A stretch of DNA of 64,000 nucleotides from Gammaproteobacteria bacterium (GTDB taxonomy: Bacteria; Pseudomonadota; Gammaproteobacteria; Steroidobacterales; JABDKV01). The stretch is from assembly GCA_029862165.1 (NCBI GenBank), contig JAOTXU010000009.1, positions 65,497 through 129,496 of the forward strand, read 5' to 3'. Of this stretch, positions 30,197 through 40,780 are shown piece after piece (position 1 is the stretch's first letter; every line of letters starts with the position of its first letter). Made by a program: the position numbers and the translations under genes. Under the pieces are notes generated by a model. The model saw only the letters and a program-made list of their open reading frames with translations, was not told the DNA's origin and made no database searches.

Positions 30197-30644
30197 GATC
30201 AAGGTACGAGTACTGGACCCGCGCATCGGTCGCGACTTTGAGTTGCCCGCACACGCAACCGACGGTTCTGCAGGGATCGATCTGCGCGCCTGTATCGACA
30301 CGGAGATCACGCTCGAACCAGGCGAGACCGAACTTATTCCAACCGGAATAGCGATTCACATCGGCGATAATGGTTTGGCCGCGCTGTTGCTACCGCGTTC
30401 TGGTCTGGGCCACAAGCACGGTATCGTACTCGGCAACCTGGTCGGTCTGATCGACTCGGACTACCAGGGTCAGGTTTATGTGTCTTGCTGGAATCGGGGT
30501 AAAGCGGATTTCGTCATTGATCCGGGTGAGCGCATTGCACAGATGGTCTTTGTTCCGGTGGTACAGGCGAAGCTGGAAGTGGTGAACGAATTTGAAGAAA
30601 CCGCTCGTGGCGCCGGCGGCTTCGGGCATTCAGGGCGTAACTGA
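30189..30644 (+). CDS. dut: dUTP diphosphatase
   Basis: [18 protein letters not shown] and [10 protein letters not shown] motifs. Confidence 0.9.
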   Translation: MREIKVRVLDPRIGRDFELPAHATDGSAGIDLRACIDTEITLEPGETELIPTGIAIHIGDNGLAALLLPRSGLGHKHGIVLGNLVGLIDSDYQGQVYVSCWNRGKADFVIDPGERIAQMVFVPVVQAKLEVVNEFEETARGAGGFGHSGRN

Positions 30645-31277
30645 GGCGAGTTCTTGCTCTTTCAGTAACTTGAAGCGGCTTATGTCTCGCTCAAAGCGGG
30701 ATCGAATTTTCGATTGCTGAGTGCGTAGCTCACGTAGAGAACTCATGTGCTCAGCCATGGCGTTCTCAGTGAATACGATGCGCTCTGCCAGTTCTTCAGG
30801 CAGGGCCGGCAGTTCGGAGTTGGCGTCGTAAGGAAAGTTGTACTCTGCGACTTCTACCTCAAGCTCATCCCACTCAGCGCGCAGATTCTCAAGATAGTGC
30901 CGTGTGACACCGAGGCGTGCTTCGATAGCGAGTACTCGCCGGTCACGCAGCATTTCGATTTCACGGGCCGACAAGTACGTATCGAGCAGCACTCGGTCCC
31001 TCTCAGCTTGCATTTGCTCAGCACTCTTTTCTTGCTCCATCCGAGCGGCGGCTGCAGCCATTGCGTTGAGTTCTGCGATCGTCTTTTGACGGTCCAGCAC
31101 TTTAACCGTGACGCCGTGACGGTTCAGTACATGGCGTTCCTGTGTGCTGGCTTCCGCCGGGATAGCATCGCCATAATGCGTAACACCGTTTTTGTCGACC
31201 CACTTGTATAGGTCATCGGCCGCGGCCGGAAGGCTCAGGCAAAGCAGGCAGATAAAGATGGCGATTTGGCTTTTCAT
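30630..31277 (-). CDS. DUF4124 domain protein (secreted, coiled-coil)
   Basis: ATG at 31277, signal peptide, and [14 protein letters not shown], which is the DUF4124 signature. Confidence 0.7.
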   Translation of the reverse strand: MKSQIAIFICLLCLSLPAAADDLYKWVDKNGVTHYGDAIPAEASTQERHVLNRHGVTVKVLDRQKTIAELNAMAAAAARMEQEKSAEQMQAERDRVLLDTYLSAREIEMLRDRRVLAIEARLGVTRHYLENLRAEWDELEVEVAEYNFPYDANSELPALPEELAERIVFTENAMAEHMSSLRELRTQQSKIRSRFERDISRFKLLKEQELASVTP

Positions 31278-31355
31278 AGTTCGGATATTAATAGCATATT
31301 CATTAGACGGCACGGCGTGATGAAGTTCTCACCTCGTCTGGTCGTGCACACATTT

Positions 31356-32006
31356 TTACACACCATAATGTCGGCGATAGGCCCTCATTGCCTGTAAATG
31401 CTGGCCCAGTGCTGCGTCACTGGCCACCAGGGCGACCAGGTCGCCAAGCGACGCAATGCTCGCCACCGGTACGCCCAGTTCGGAACCCAGTTCCTGCACC
31501 GCCGACCGAGAGCCTGTGCCACGCTCTTCACGGTCCAAGGCCAGTACGACTCCGGCAACACCTGCGCCAGCCTCGCGTATCAGGGCTACGGCCTGCCGCA
31601 CCGCAGTACCTGCCGTAATAACATCGTCAACGATCAGCACGCGGCCGGCGAGCGGCCCGCCGACGATCGACCCACCTTCGCCATGTTGTTTGACCTCTTT
31701 GCGGTTATAAGCCAGCCGGATGTCCATATCGTGGTGATCGGCCAGCGCGGCGGCGGTTACTGCTGCCAGCGGGATGCCCTTGTAGGCCGGGCCAAAGAGC
31801 ATATCGAACTTGAGATCCGTGGCGGCGATCACTTCCGCATAGAAGCGCCCGAGTCTTGCGATTGCACTGCCAGTGTTGAATACGCCCGCATTGAAAAAAT
31901 AAGGACTTTCACGACCCGATTTGAGCGTGAAGTTGCCAAACTTCAGCGCACCCAGATCTATGGCGAGTTCGAGGAAGGCGCGCTGGTATCCTTGGTCCTG
32001 GTTCAT
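31356..32006 (-). CDS. pyrE: Orotate phosphoribosyltransferase
   Basis: ATG at 32006. [17 protein letters not shown] and the PRPP motif [13 protein letters not shown]. Confidence 0.9.
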   Translation of the reverse strand: MNQDQGYQRAFLELAIDLGALKFGNFTLKSGRESPYFFNAGVFNTGSAIARLGRFYAEVIAATDLKFDMLFGPAYKGIPLAAVTAAALADHHDMDIRLAYNRKEVKQHGEGGSIVGGPLAGRVLIVDDVITAGTAVRQAVALIREAGAGVAGVVLALDREERGTGSRSAVQELGSELGVPVASIASLGDLVALVASDAALGQHLQAMRAYRRHYGV

Positions 32007-32022
32007 GTCGGTATCATAGCGA

Positions 32023-32820
32023 ATGCGAGTCATCTCTCTAAACGTGAATGGAATTCGTGCAGCCGCGCGCAAGGGTTTTTTCGGCTGGATGTCACGGCAG
32101 AAGGCGGATGTGATCTGTCTGCAAGAGACACGCGCGAATCCGGAACAAATCGAGGACCGCGTCTATCATCCGCGCCAGTTCTATAATATCTATCATCCCG
32201 CCGAGCGGCGCGGCTACAGTGGCGTGGCCATCTATACCCGGCGCGAACCGGATCAGCTCATCGAGGGGTTTACGCGCGCCGGCGGCGGCGGTAAGGGTTG
32301 GCGGGAATTCGATACGGAAGGCCGTTACGTCGAGGCGCGTTTCGGCAAGCTGAGTGTGGTTTCTTTGTATGCGCCCTCAGGCTCATCGCACGATGATCGC
32401 CAGGCCGCAAAATTTCGATTCCTGGATTTGTTTATGCCGCTATTGCGCAAGTTCAGGCGCAAACGACGTGAATACATTCTGTGTGGCGACTGGAATATTG
32501 CCCACAAGAAAATTGATTTGAAAAATTGGCGTTCAAATCAAAAAAAATCTGGTTTCCTGCCCGAGGAACGCGCCTGGATGGACAAACTCCTGGGGCCGGC
32601 CGGTTATGTGGATGCCTTCCGTCGTGTCAATCAGAAAGAGGATCAGTACACCTGGTGGTCGAATCGTGGTCGCGCCTATGACAACAACGTAGGATGGCGC
32701 ATTGACTACCAGATCGTCACACCGGGAATAGGCGAAACTGTGACCAAGGCAAAAGTCTATCGGCGCAAACGTTTTTCCGATCACGCCCCGCTTACCATTG
32801 ACTACGACTACGATGGCTGA
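32023..32820 (+). CDS. xthA: Exodeoxyribonuclease III
   Basis: [19 protein letters not shown] and C-terminal SDHAPL. Confidence 0.9.
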   Translation: MRVISLNVNGIRAAARKGFFGWMSRQKADVICLQETRANPEQIEDRVYHPRQFYNIYHPAERRGYSGVAIYTRREPDQLIEGFTRAGGGGKGWREFDTEGRYVEARFGKLSVVSLYAPSGSSHDDRQAAKFRFLDLFMPLLRKFRRKRREYILCGDWNIAHKKIDLKNWRSNQKKSGFLPEERAWMDKLLGPAGYVDAFRRVNQKEDQYTWWSNRGRAYDNNVGWRIDYQIVTPGIGETVTKAKVYRRKRFSDHAPLTIDYDYDG

Positions 32821-34195
32821 GACGGAAATTCGTCGCAGTTGGGTCGAATCGCTACGGCTTTACAGTCAGCCGCGGGTCATCGGTATTTCGTTTCTGGGTT
32901 TTTCCGCCGGATTGCCCTACTTGTTGGTGTTTTCAACTTTGTCGGCGTATCTGCGCGACGTAGATGTGAGCCGTTCCACTATCGGTTACTTCGGACTAGT
33001 AGGCACGACCTACTCGATAAAGGTTTTTTGGGCCCCGCTAATCGACCGGCTCCGAATACCACTGCTGACCAAACTATTGGGTAAGCGCCGCTCGTGGATG
33101 TTGCTGGCGCAGGCCGCCTTGATAGCCGGTTTGGCTGCCATGGCGCTTACCGATCCGACGGATAGTCTTGCCGTCTTTGCGCTACTCGCGGTGTTCGTTG
33201 CGTTTGCTTCGGCGACACAGGATGTCGCCATCGATGCCTGGCGCATTGAAGCTGTTCCGCGGGACTGGCAAGGCATCATGGCGGCGGGCTACGTATTTGG
33301 TTACCGCTTTGCATTGCTGGTCAGTGGTGCCGGCGCCTTATACATCGCGGATTTTATTTCCTGGAGTGCGGCCTATCTGGTGATGGCAGTATTGTTAGTC
33401 GTCGGCGTGGCCACGACGTTGTTGATTAGCGAGCCTGAGATCACGCAGGACCGTGAATCGGTAATGCTTGAGCAACGGGTTATCGATTTTATGGGCCGCC
33501 GTGCTCATTGGCCTGAGATCCCACGTCGTCTTGCGGGTTGGTTTGTTGGTGCGGTGGTCGGGCCCTTTCTGGATTTTTTCAAACGTTACGGTCATATGGC
33601 GCTGGCGATCCTGGTCTTTATCGGCATTTATCGAATCAGCGATATCACTATGGGCATCATGGCCAACCCGTTCTATCTGGACCTGGGTTTCAGCAAGAGC
33701 GAGATCGCCAGTATCGCCAAGGTATTTGGCTTTGTGATGACCATTACCGGCGCCGCATTGGGCGGGTTGCTGGTGGCACGCTTTGGGTTTTTTCGACCGT
33801 TGCTGTTGGGTGCGGTTCTGGTGGCTGTGACCAATCTATTGTTTGCGTATATGGCGAGTGTCGATAAGAGTCTGCAGTTGCTGGCATTGGTGATCAGTGC
33901 GGATAATCTTAGCGGTGGCATCGCGATCGCCGCGTTTATTGCTTATTTATCGAGTCTGACCAATGTTGCGTATACGGCCACGCAGTATGCGTTGTTCAGT
34001 TCATTGATGACGCTGCCGGCGAAACTTGTTTCCGGAATATCCGGGGTGATCGTTGATTCCTACGGTTATATTTGGTTTTTTGTCTACGCCTCCGCAATCG
34101 GTGTGCCGGCCATCCTGTTGGTGCTTTACCTGATGCATCTCGCCAATTCTGACGCCAGTGGCGGAGATAGATCGGACCCCGTATCGGACCGATAG
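32813..34195 (+). CDS. ampG: AmpG-family muropeptide MFS transporter
   Basis: ATG at 32813 (ATGGCTGA overlap with xthA). Multi-TM MFS protein with an AmpG-like N-terminus (GFSAGLPYLLVFSTLSAYL). Confidence 0.75.
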   Translation: MAETEIRRSWVESLRLYSQPRVIGISFLGFSAGLPYLLVFSTLSAYLRDVDVSRSTIGYFGLVGTTYSIKVFWAPLIDRLRIPLLTKLLGKRRSWMLLAQAALIAGLAAMALTDPTDSLAVFALLAVFVAFASATQDVAIDAWRIEAVPRDWQGIMAAGYVFGYRFALLVSGAGALYIADFISWSAAYLVMAVLLVVGVATTLLISEPEITQDRESVMLEQRVIDFMGRRAHWPEIPRRLAGWFVGAVVGPFLDFFKRYGHMALAILVFIGIYRISDITMGIMANPFYLDLGFSKSEIASIAKVFGFVMTITGAALGGLLVARFGFFRPLLLGAVLVAVTNLLFAYMASVDKSLQLLALVISADNLSGGIAIAAFIAYLSSLTNVAYTATQYALFSSLMTLPAKLVSGISGVIVDSYGYIWFFVYASAIGVPAILLVLYLMHLANSDASGGDRSDPVSDR

Positions 34196-34357
34196 GGCTC
34201 TTGGGCACATTGTGTGACATAAAGTGTCGGTTCTTTTTACACTTCTACCAAACACGTTTTCGAGAACATTAATTATTTCAATAGGTTGCGAAGTTGGCCC
34301 GTATTTTGCAGTGTATTATGGGCAAATGGAACAATCACGAGGCTAGGAGTCAGTCTA

Positions 34358-34960
34358 ATGAAAACAAGGCTATTGTTGATTTTAGGAATTTTCGCGCTTG
34401 CGGGTACGGCGAATGCAGTTCCGCTGCTTCTGAACGATACCAACACGTGCGGTTCTCTCACGTCATCTCTTGGTGTGTCAGCTGTTGGTGACGTTACCGG
34501 AAACTTGGGCGGCGCTACGGGCTGCTGGGGCGAATTTGACGGCAATGATCCTGGCCCGTCTGGCGATGGATTTATTATCGACGGCACGACCTACGACTTC
34601 CTTGCGAAGGACGACGGGGATTTGTCGGGCACCGATATCGGTCTGAACATCATTTCGCTGGGCGATACCTCCGGCACGTGGGCGTTTGATGCGGATTTTA
34701 GCGGAGATGCCTTCCTCATCGTGCTGAAGGCGGCCTCGCAGCCTGGGTATGGAGTCTGGCTGTTTGACGGCGCTGCTGCCTCGTCGACCAGTGGAACTTG
34801 GACTGTGGCCTGGGGCGCTGGCCTGTCACACTTTGCGGTCTACGCGGGCGACCCCGGCGATCCACCCGATCCACCCACCATTTCAGAGCCAGGCATTCTG
34901 AGCTTGATGGCCTTTGGCCTGTTGCTGCTGGGACTGGGGCGGCGTCGCACGAGGTCATAA
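34358..34960 (+). CDS. PEP-CTERM sorting-domain secreted protein
   Basis: AGGAG RBS, signal peptide ...AGTANA, and C-terminus ISEPGILSLMAFGLLLLGLGRRRTRS (PEP motif variant + TM + Arg cluster). Confidence 0.8.
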   Translation: MKTRLLLILGIFALAGTANAVPLLLNDTNTCGSLTSSLGVSAVGDVTGNLGGATGCWGEFDGNDPGPSGDGFIIDGTTYDFLAKDDGDLSGTDIGLNIISLGDTSGTWAFDADFSGDAFLIVLKAASQPGYGVWLFDGAAASSTSGTWTVAWGAGLSHFAVYAGDPGDPPDPPTISEPGILSLMAFGLLLLGLGRRRTRS

Positions 34961-34992
34961 GAGCTTCTCAACTCCTAGTTAGATCCAAGCAA

Positions 34993-35022
34993 AACCCCGC
35001 CTTGTGCGGGGTTTTTCTTTTT
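34993..35022 (+). terminator. Rho-independent terminator
   Basis: CCCCGC-CTTGT-GCGGGG hairpin followed by TTTTTCTTTTT. Confidence 0.7.
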
Positions 35023-35219
35023 GACCGCCGGGCGAAACCGGTTGCCAGAACTTTTCGCAAGACGGAACCCTGCCGCAGGTCACCCGGAAGGGACGCTCAA
35101 ATAGTCGAGCAATGCTATCCGCTGTTTGAGACACTGAGAGCGTGAACTAGGCCGTACATTACGACCTTTGTGCAGCGGCGTGTCGGTATTAGCGACCGAG
35201 TACTTCGTCACTTTGTAAG

Positions 35220-35807
35220 ATGTCATCAATAACACTGTATGCCGACCTGCTTTTTGATGATCTGCATCAGGCGCAGCGGCTTGAGCAATTGTTTCTGGCG
35301 CAGAACAAAGATCTCCAGGACGAGAGCGAGTCAAAAGTATCGCCGACGCAAGAACCAAAAGACGAAAATCTTAGCCACTTCCTGACCGAAGAAGACTGTG
35401 ATGTTGAAGAAGTTGAGCGGTCGGAATCCTGCCTGAGTATTGTGCTCACTGGTGGCACCCTACAATTTCCAGCCGCCGCGTTGGTCAACGCATTGGATGG
35501 TCTTGGTGCGGTCGCGGCGACGATTGAGATCATTGACGATCAGGTCGGGGACGAAAAACGCCTTGGACGCCACTTGGGCAAGAAATGTGGTTTCACCAAA
35601 GCGCTGAAAGTCATCGACAAGGCAAATCCTGTTTGCGGTGCTGTTCGTGCCCTCGAGGATGAGTCAGATCGACGTCTTCTGAGTCTACTGAACGCGGGTG
35701 GTCTTGATCCCAATGCGCGATGGCGGCGGCAATCGCCCTCGCAGCGGCGTAACCGCTGCACCGGCTGGAAGCACCACGAATTGATTCCGTTTAACAGCCA
35801 CTGGTAA
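35220..35807 (+). CDS. Hypothetical acidic protein (uncertain gene model)
   Basis: 195-aa ORF with no recognised family. It overlaps antisense ORF 35540..35869, and its C-terminal ~35 aa look like out-of-frame read-through. Confidence 0.3.
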   Translation: MSSITLYADLLFDDLHQAQRLEQLFLAQNKDLQDESESKVSPTQEPKDENLSHFLTEEDCDVEEVERSESCLSIVLTGGTLQFPAAALVNALDGLGAVAATIEIIDDQVGDEKRLGRHLGKKCGFTKALKVIDKANPVCGAVRALEDESDRRLLSLLNAGGLDPNARWRRQSPSQRRNRCTGWKHHELIPFNSHW

Positions 35808-35949
35808 TGGCGGCGTTTCAGGAAACGTGCGCTAACTTTCATGTAGCCACGATAACTGACCCGATGCAATTCGTGATTACCGCAATTTCGTTAGCAGTTG
35901 TGGCCTGAAAACAAGCACTTGCACAATAGGGTCTGACCTATTTACCGGG

Positions 35950-36348
35950 TCAGTGCACAGGGGCTGGGTCGGAGCCTTCATGCAGACGCAGGCCGGCTGC
36001 CTGGTGCAATAACATGCGCCAGCCTTCTGCGGTGATCTGTAAGACGTTAGTGGTTGCCAGAACGGCAGTCTGGTCGACGCCGGTCGTTAGCCATTCCCGA
36101 CCGACGTGCACTGCGAGTAATGGGCCCTGGCTGCGCCATTGGAGTTCATAACGCAGCGCAGGCGGGTTTTGCAGAATCTCCTCCCAGCTCGCGTGGACTG
36201 CTGCACGTCCCTCGAGGATATCGGAGCCGGGGTGCAAACAGATGATGCTGTCCTCGTCCAGCCATACTGCACGCATCGTTTCGATATCGCCACGGGCAAA
36301 GGCATCGTAAAAGGCGAGTTCTGCATCTTTGGGAGTCGCGTACATCAT
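35950..36348 (-). CDS. SnoaL-like / NTF2-fold (DUF4440-like) protein
   Basis: ATG at 36348. AELAFYDAFARGDIETMRAVW...ICLHPG is the typical NTF2-like N-terminus. Confidence 0.6.
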   Translation of the reverse strand: MMYATPKDAELAFYDAFARGDIETMRAVWLDEDSIICLHPGSDILEGRAAVHASWEEILQNPPALRYELQWRSQGPLLAVHVGREWLTTGVDQTAVLATTNVLQITAEGWRMLLHQAAGLRLHEGSDPAPVH

Positions 36349-36364
36349 CGACCCCGATTCGTAG

Positions 36365-36655
36365 CTAGGAATCGAGCAACTCGTCGAGTGGGTTGCCGTA
36401 GGGATCTGCGGCGCGTTCATCGCGGTCCACACCATAGTCTTCGCGATCCATGTCGAAAGAGCCTGACCAGTCTTCGGGAGGTTCTACTGTGGAAATGAGC
36501 ATCTCACGCCAGCCTTCGATTTCGTATTCTTCTACTGTGCCATCGTAATGCTGTACTTCGATAGTTCCGTCATCGTCATCTATCGCCACGACCTCAAACA
36601 AGCTTCCGCCTGTTTTCTTGTACCAGTCACCCACAACAGGATTGATGACAGTCAT
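36365..36655 (-). CDS. Hypothetical small acidic protein
   Basis: ATG at 36655 gives 96 aa. It lies immediately upstream of, and on the same strand as, the NTF2-like gene. Confidence 0.5.
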   Translation of the reverse strand: MTVINPVVGDWYKKTGGSLFEVVAIDDDDGTIEVQHYDGTVEEYEIEGWREMLISTVEPPEDWSGSFDMDREDYGVDRDERAADPYGNPLDELLDS

Positions 36656-36810
36656 CGTGGCTACCCCGGTAATTGATCGGCTGTTATCATGAAGCCGCTC
36701 CAGTCCCAAGTGTGCTTTTACCTACATTGTTACTTTAACCCAAACGCCCGGTTGTGCAAATGTGGCCCGGACCGAACCTGAACTGTGTTTAATGTTTGTT
36801 GCGTAGCACT

Positions 36811-37437
36811 ATGATCGAACAGCTCATAAAGCAGTTTGTTGTGTTCTTTGTAGTAATAGAACCACTCTCACTGGTGCCCATTTTTGGCGCTCTGACGCGC
36901 GGCGGGAGTGTCCGTTATCGGCGCAAGATGGCATTCAAGGCGGTCACACTCTCGACCGCGATTCTGATCGTATTCGCCGTTGTCGGCGGCTATCTATTAA
37001 GCGCGCTCGGTATTGCAGTTGACGCGTTCAAGATCGGCGGCGGTCTGTTACTGTTTATGATCGCGGTGGATATGGTTTTTGCTCGTCAGTCCGGCTTACG
37101 TTCGACCACAGTGCGGGAACAGGAAGAAGCGCAATACCGCGAGGACATTTCTGTTTTCCCACTGGCGTTTCCGCTGATCGCCGGACCAGGTGCGTTGGCC
37201 ACCGTACTACTGATGGTCGGTGAAGTACGCGGTGATTTCACCGCTTTCATGGGCATGCTCGCAGTGCTGATGTCGGTGATTCTGATTGCCCTGGTTCTTC
37301 TGCTCACCACGCCGTATGTAATGCGAGTGGTCGGACGCTCCGGTGCCGATGTCATCAGCCGCCTGCTCGGGGTGGTGTTGGCCGCGCTAGCCGTTCAATA
37401 CGTAACTGACGGAATTCGGGGCACTTTCGGAATCTAG
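36811..37437 (+). CDS. MarC-family (UPF0056) membrane protein
   Basis: Six-TM pattern with FVVIEPLSLVPIF near the N-terminus, typical of MarC. Confidence 0.75.
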   Translation: MIEQLIKQFVVFFVVIEPLSLVPIFGALTRGGSVRYRRKMAFKAVTLSTAILIVFAVVGGYLLSALGIAVDAFKIGGGLLLFMIAVDMVFARQSGLRSTTVREQEEAQYREDISVFPLAFPLIAGPGALATVLLMVGEVRGDFTAFMGMLAVLMSVILIALVLLLTTPYVMRVVGRSGADVISRLLGVVLAALAVQYVTDGIRGTFGI

Positions 37438-38135
37438 CCCTTCTGGTAGATAAAATCCCAGACCTCGTGGCCCAGTTTCCGGCCGCGCCGCTCGAATTTG
37501 GTTTCACTGCGCAATACTTCACCGGTGTGCCGCGCATCGTCCAGGGTTTGGCCGTGTTTCGCATTGTTGAAATCAGGCGAGTCGTTCAGGCACGCGTGTA
37601 TGTGCTCGGCGTAGGGCAGCCAGTCTGTTGCAATGTGCAGACGGGCCTGTGTTTTTATAGCCCGTGCCAGCAAGCCCAAGAAAGCCGGCTGAATCAGACG
37701 TCTTTTGTGGTGACGCTTTTTCGGCCACGGGTCCGGAAAGTAGATATTCACCGTGTCCAGGGACGCCGGCGGGATCTGCGCGCCGAGAACCTCAACCGCG
37801 TCGTGACAGATCACCCGAACATTACTGAGATTGCGTCGTTCGATGTGCATCAGCAGGCGACCGACACCCGGTTGATGGACCTCGATCCCCAAGAAGTTCT
37901 GTTCAGGTTTAGACGCGGCGTCTTCGGCCAGCGTATCGCCATTACCGAAACCAATCTCCAGCACGTTTTTCGCAGCGCGTCCGAACAGGGCTTTAAGATC
38001 CAGTGCTGATTCCCCGTAGTCTATGCCCCAGACGGGCCACAGTTCCGTGAGCGCCCGTTCCTGCGCCGTCGTGAGACGACCGGCACGGCGCACGAAACTG
38101 CGCACAGTACGCGGCAGCTTCGGTTGGTCAACCAA
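37434..38135 (-). CDS. trmB: tRNA (guanine46-N7)-methyltransferase
   Basis: LEIGFGNG SAM motif and FPDPWPKKRHHKRR. Confidence 0.9.
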   Translation of the reverse strand: MVDQPKLPRTVRSFVRRAGRLTTAQERALTELWPVWGIDYGESALDLKALFGRAAKNVLEIGFGNGDTLAEDAASKPEQNFLGIEVHQPGVGRLLMHIERRNLSNVRVICHDAVEVLGAQIPPASLDTVNIYFPDPWPKKRHHKRRLIQPAFLGLLARAIKTQARLHIATDWLPYAEHIHACLNDSPDFNNAKHGQTLDDARHTGEVLRSETKFERRGRKLGHEVWDFIYQKG

Positions 38136-38138
38136 GGA

Positions 38139-38957
38139 TCAGAAAAATGTGCCGTCCACAGGTGACGACGCTGATGCAAATCGTTTGCGTGGAATACGTC
38201 CGGCAAGAAAAGCTTCCCGACCTGCTTCGACACCTTTACGCATCGCGCTTGCCATCAACACCGGTTCCCTGGCACCGGCAATAGCGGTATTCATCAAGAC
38301 GCCGTCACAACCCAATTCCATTGCAACAGCGGCGTCTGAAGAAGTGCCCACACCGGCATCAACAAGAATCGGTACTGAGGCATTCTCGACGATGGTGAGT
38401 ATGTTGTAAGGGTTTCGAATTCCCAAACCCGAGCCGATGGGCGCAGCCAGTGGCATGACGGCAACGCAACCCATCTCTTCCAGTCGTTTTGCGATGATCG
38501 GATCGTCAGTGGTGTAGACCATAACGTCGAAGCCGTCGTCGATCAGCGTACGCGCTGCGTCAAGCGTTGCCGGGATATCGGGAAAAAGTGTTTTCTCGTC
38601 GCCCAGCACTTCCAGCTTCACAAGTGTATGACCATCCAGCAGCTCGCGAGCCAGTTGGCAGGTACGCACCGCATCTTTCGCGGTGTAGCATCCGGCGGTA
38701 TTGGGCAGCAGCGTGTAGTTATCCGGCGATATCACATCGAGCAGATTCGGCTCGCCCGGTGTCTGGCCGATATTGGTGCGCCGCAGAGCGACTGTAACGA
38801 TTTCAGCAGCGCTGGCCTCAATCGCAGCGCGTGTCTCATTCATGTCACGGTATTTTCCGGTGCCAACCAGCAAGCGCGACCGATAACGCTTTCCGGCGAT
38901 AATCAGGGAGTCGTCTTTATTGGCGGCTGTGTCCAGCCTGGCAGCAGTAGTGCTCAT
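38139..38957 (-). CDS. thiG: Thiazole synthase
   Basis: [34 protein letters not shown]. Confidence 0.9.
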   Translation of the reverse strand: MSTTAARLDTAANKDDSLIIAGKRYRSRLLVGTGKYRDMNETRAAIEASAAEIVTVALRRTNIGQTPGEPNLLDVISPDNYTLLPNTAGCYTAKDAVRTCQLARELLDGHTLVKLEVLGDEKTLFPDIPATLDAARTLIDDGFDVMVYTTDDPIIAKRLEEMGCVAVMPLAAPIGSGLGIRNPYNILTIVENASVPILVDAGVGTSSDAAVAMELGCDGVLMNTAIAGAREPVLMASAMRKGVEAGREAFLAGRIPRKRFASASSPVDGTFF

Positions 38958-38978
38958 TAATGATCCTCTTGTTTTCCG

Positions 38979-39191
38979 TTAGCCGCCGCCAACGGCACGC
39001 ACAATTTCGATACGATCACCGGCTGCAATCCGCCGTTCGGCAAAAGTGCTGCGGGGGACGATCTCACCGTTTATCTCTATGGCGATTCGTTGTTCCGACA
39101 ACGTCAGCAAATCAACGAGACGTTGGGCGGTGTAGCCGTCATCCAGCGATTGTCGCTCGCCGTTGAGGGTGATATCGATAGACGCTGTCAT
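38979..39191 (-). CDS. thiS: Sulfur carrier protein ThiS
   Basis: ATG at 39191 gives 70 aa with a C-terminal GGG/GG, directly upstream of thiG. Confidence 0.85.
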   Translation of the reverse strand: MTASIDITLNGERQSLDDGYTAQRLVDLLTLSEQRIAIEINGEIVPRSTFAERRIAAGDRIEIVRAVGGG

Positions 39192-39249
39192 CGGTAGATT
39201 GTACCGCCGATGGGCGCCCCGGTGGGCCTCGGCCGGCCTTGAGTCAGGG

Positions 39250-40542
39250 CTATCCTGCGCGGCGCTGGCCACGAGACGAACGGTGATGCTGTTTTCCACC
39301 ACGATTGTTGGGCGCGCCCGATCTCTTGTTACGTGGTCCCGCTCGATGACCACCCGGTCGTTTCGGACCCTGCTGGCGTCCTTTTTGGATTGGTTCCGGT
39401 TTTATTCTGGGATCGGGGGCATAGCCCGGAATAATCTTTTTCTCAACCTCAGTCTTTAGCAGGCGCTCTATATCACGCAACAGCCCGAGTTCATCGACAC
39501 AAACCAGCGAAATAGCCTCGCCTTGCTGACCGGCACGGGCTGTGCGACCGATACGATGCACATAGTCCTCCGGGACATTGGGCAGTTCGAAATTAATTAC
39601 ATGCGGTAGCCGTTCGATATCCAGTCCGCGAGATGCGACGTCAGTCGCAACCAGGACCCGAACTTTGCCAGCCTTGAAGTCCGCCAGGGCTCTGGTGCGC
39701 GCCGTCTGCGATTTATTACCGTGTATGGCAGTGGACTTGATGCCATCGTCAGTCAATTGGCCGGCAAGACGATTGGCGCCGTGCTTGGTCCGGGTAAAGA
39801 CCAATACCTGGCGCCAATTCTCTACACCGATACGGTGTGACAATAGTTCGCGTTTTCGACGCTTGTCGACAGGGTAAACAACCTGCTTCACGTTGTCTGC
39901 CGTCGTGTTTTGTGGCGCCACTTGAATCTCAATGGGCGAGTTCAGCAGACCGGCGGCAAGGCTTCTGATTTCTTTCGAAAACGTTGCAGAGAACAGCAGA
40001 TTCTGCCGCTGTTTTGGCAGCACTTTCAAAACCCGGCGTATATCACGGATGAAGCCCATGTCCAACATGCGATCCGCTTCGTCCAGCACAAGTGTGTCGA
40101 CCCGGGACAGATCGATGGTTCTCTGTTGGATGTGGTCGAGCAATCGCCCCGGTGTTGCGACCACGATGTCAACGCCCTTGCGTAGTTTTGAGATTTGCGG
40201 GTTGATGCTGACACCGCCAAAGATCACGGTCGTCTTGAATCGCAGGTAACAGCCATAGGTATTCACGCTTTCGCTGACTTGAGCAGCCAGTTCGCGAGTC
40301 GGTACCAGGATAAGGACCCTTACCCGCCCACGCTCGTCGGAGGCTGACTGCTGCAGCCGTTGTAACAGAGGTAGCGTGAAGCCGGCTGTCTTGCCGGTGC
40401 CTGTCTGGGCAGCGGCCAGAATATCCTGACCAGCCACAATCAGCGGGATTGCCTGTTGCTGGATCGGGGTCGCCTCGCGATAACCCTGCTTTTCGACCGC
40501 ACGCAACAATTCGGCCGAAAGGCCGAGTTCTGTAAATAACAT
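39250..40542 (-). CDS. rhlE: ATP-dependent DEAD-box RNA helicase (RhlE-like)
   Basis: ATG at 40542. [15 protein letters not shown] and [10 protein letters not shown] motifs, with a basic Arg/Gly-rich tail. Confidence 0.9.
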   Translation of the reverse strand: MLFTELGLSAELLRAVEKQGYREATPIQQQAIPLIVAGQDILAAAQTGTGKTAGFTLPLLQRLQQSASDERGRVRVLILVPTRELAAQVSESVNTYGCYLRFKTTVIFGGVSINPQISKLRKGVDIVVATPGRLLDHIQQRTIDLSRVDTLVLDEADRMLDMGFIRDIRRVLKVLPKQRQNLLFSATFSKEIRSLAAGLLNSPIEIQVAPQNTTADNVKQVVYPVDKRRKRELLSHRIGVENWRQVLVFTRTKHGANRLAGQLTDDGIKSTAIHGNKSQTARTRALADFKAGKVRVLVATDVASRGLDIERLPHVINFELPNVPEDYVHRIGRTARAGQQGEAISLVCVDELGLLRDIERLLKTEVEKKIIPGYAPDPRIKPEPIQKGRQQGPKRPGGHRAGPRNKRSGAPNNRGGKQHHRSSRGQRRAG

Positions 40543-40780
40543 TGGATTTGGACTCCATGACGCCTGACCCATACCGCGCTATTTGCACGTAGGTTCGGTC
40601 CAGGCTGGAATGTGATCGACTCTGGCATCCGCAGTATTACAGGGCCGGAGCAATGGCGCAGACCGAGGTGCGCCAGGACGCAGGACTATAACAGAAGCCT
40701 GCCCAAAGAAAAGCGCTATTTACCAATGCAGCAAGGGCCACCCGGTTTGGGTGGCCCTTGTCCAGGTCAACGTTGGAGGA

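Noticed and set aside
31398-32186. 262-aa plus-strand ORF across pyrE and the pyrE-xthA spacer
   Set aside because: It is antisense to an unambiguous orotate phosphoribosyltransferase and out of frame with xthA. It is a shadow ORF.
39192-39400. Expected TPP riboswitch upstream of thiS-thiG
   Set aside because: Only 58 nt separate thiS from the rhlE stop. I could not find the conserved CUGAGA / ACCUGAUCUGGAUAAUGCCAGC-type elements on the minus strand here. A covariance-model scan would be needed to exclude a divergent one.
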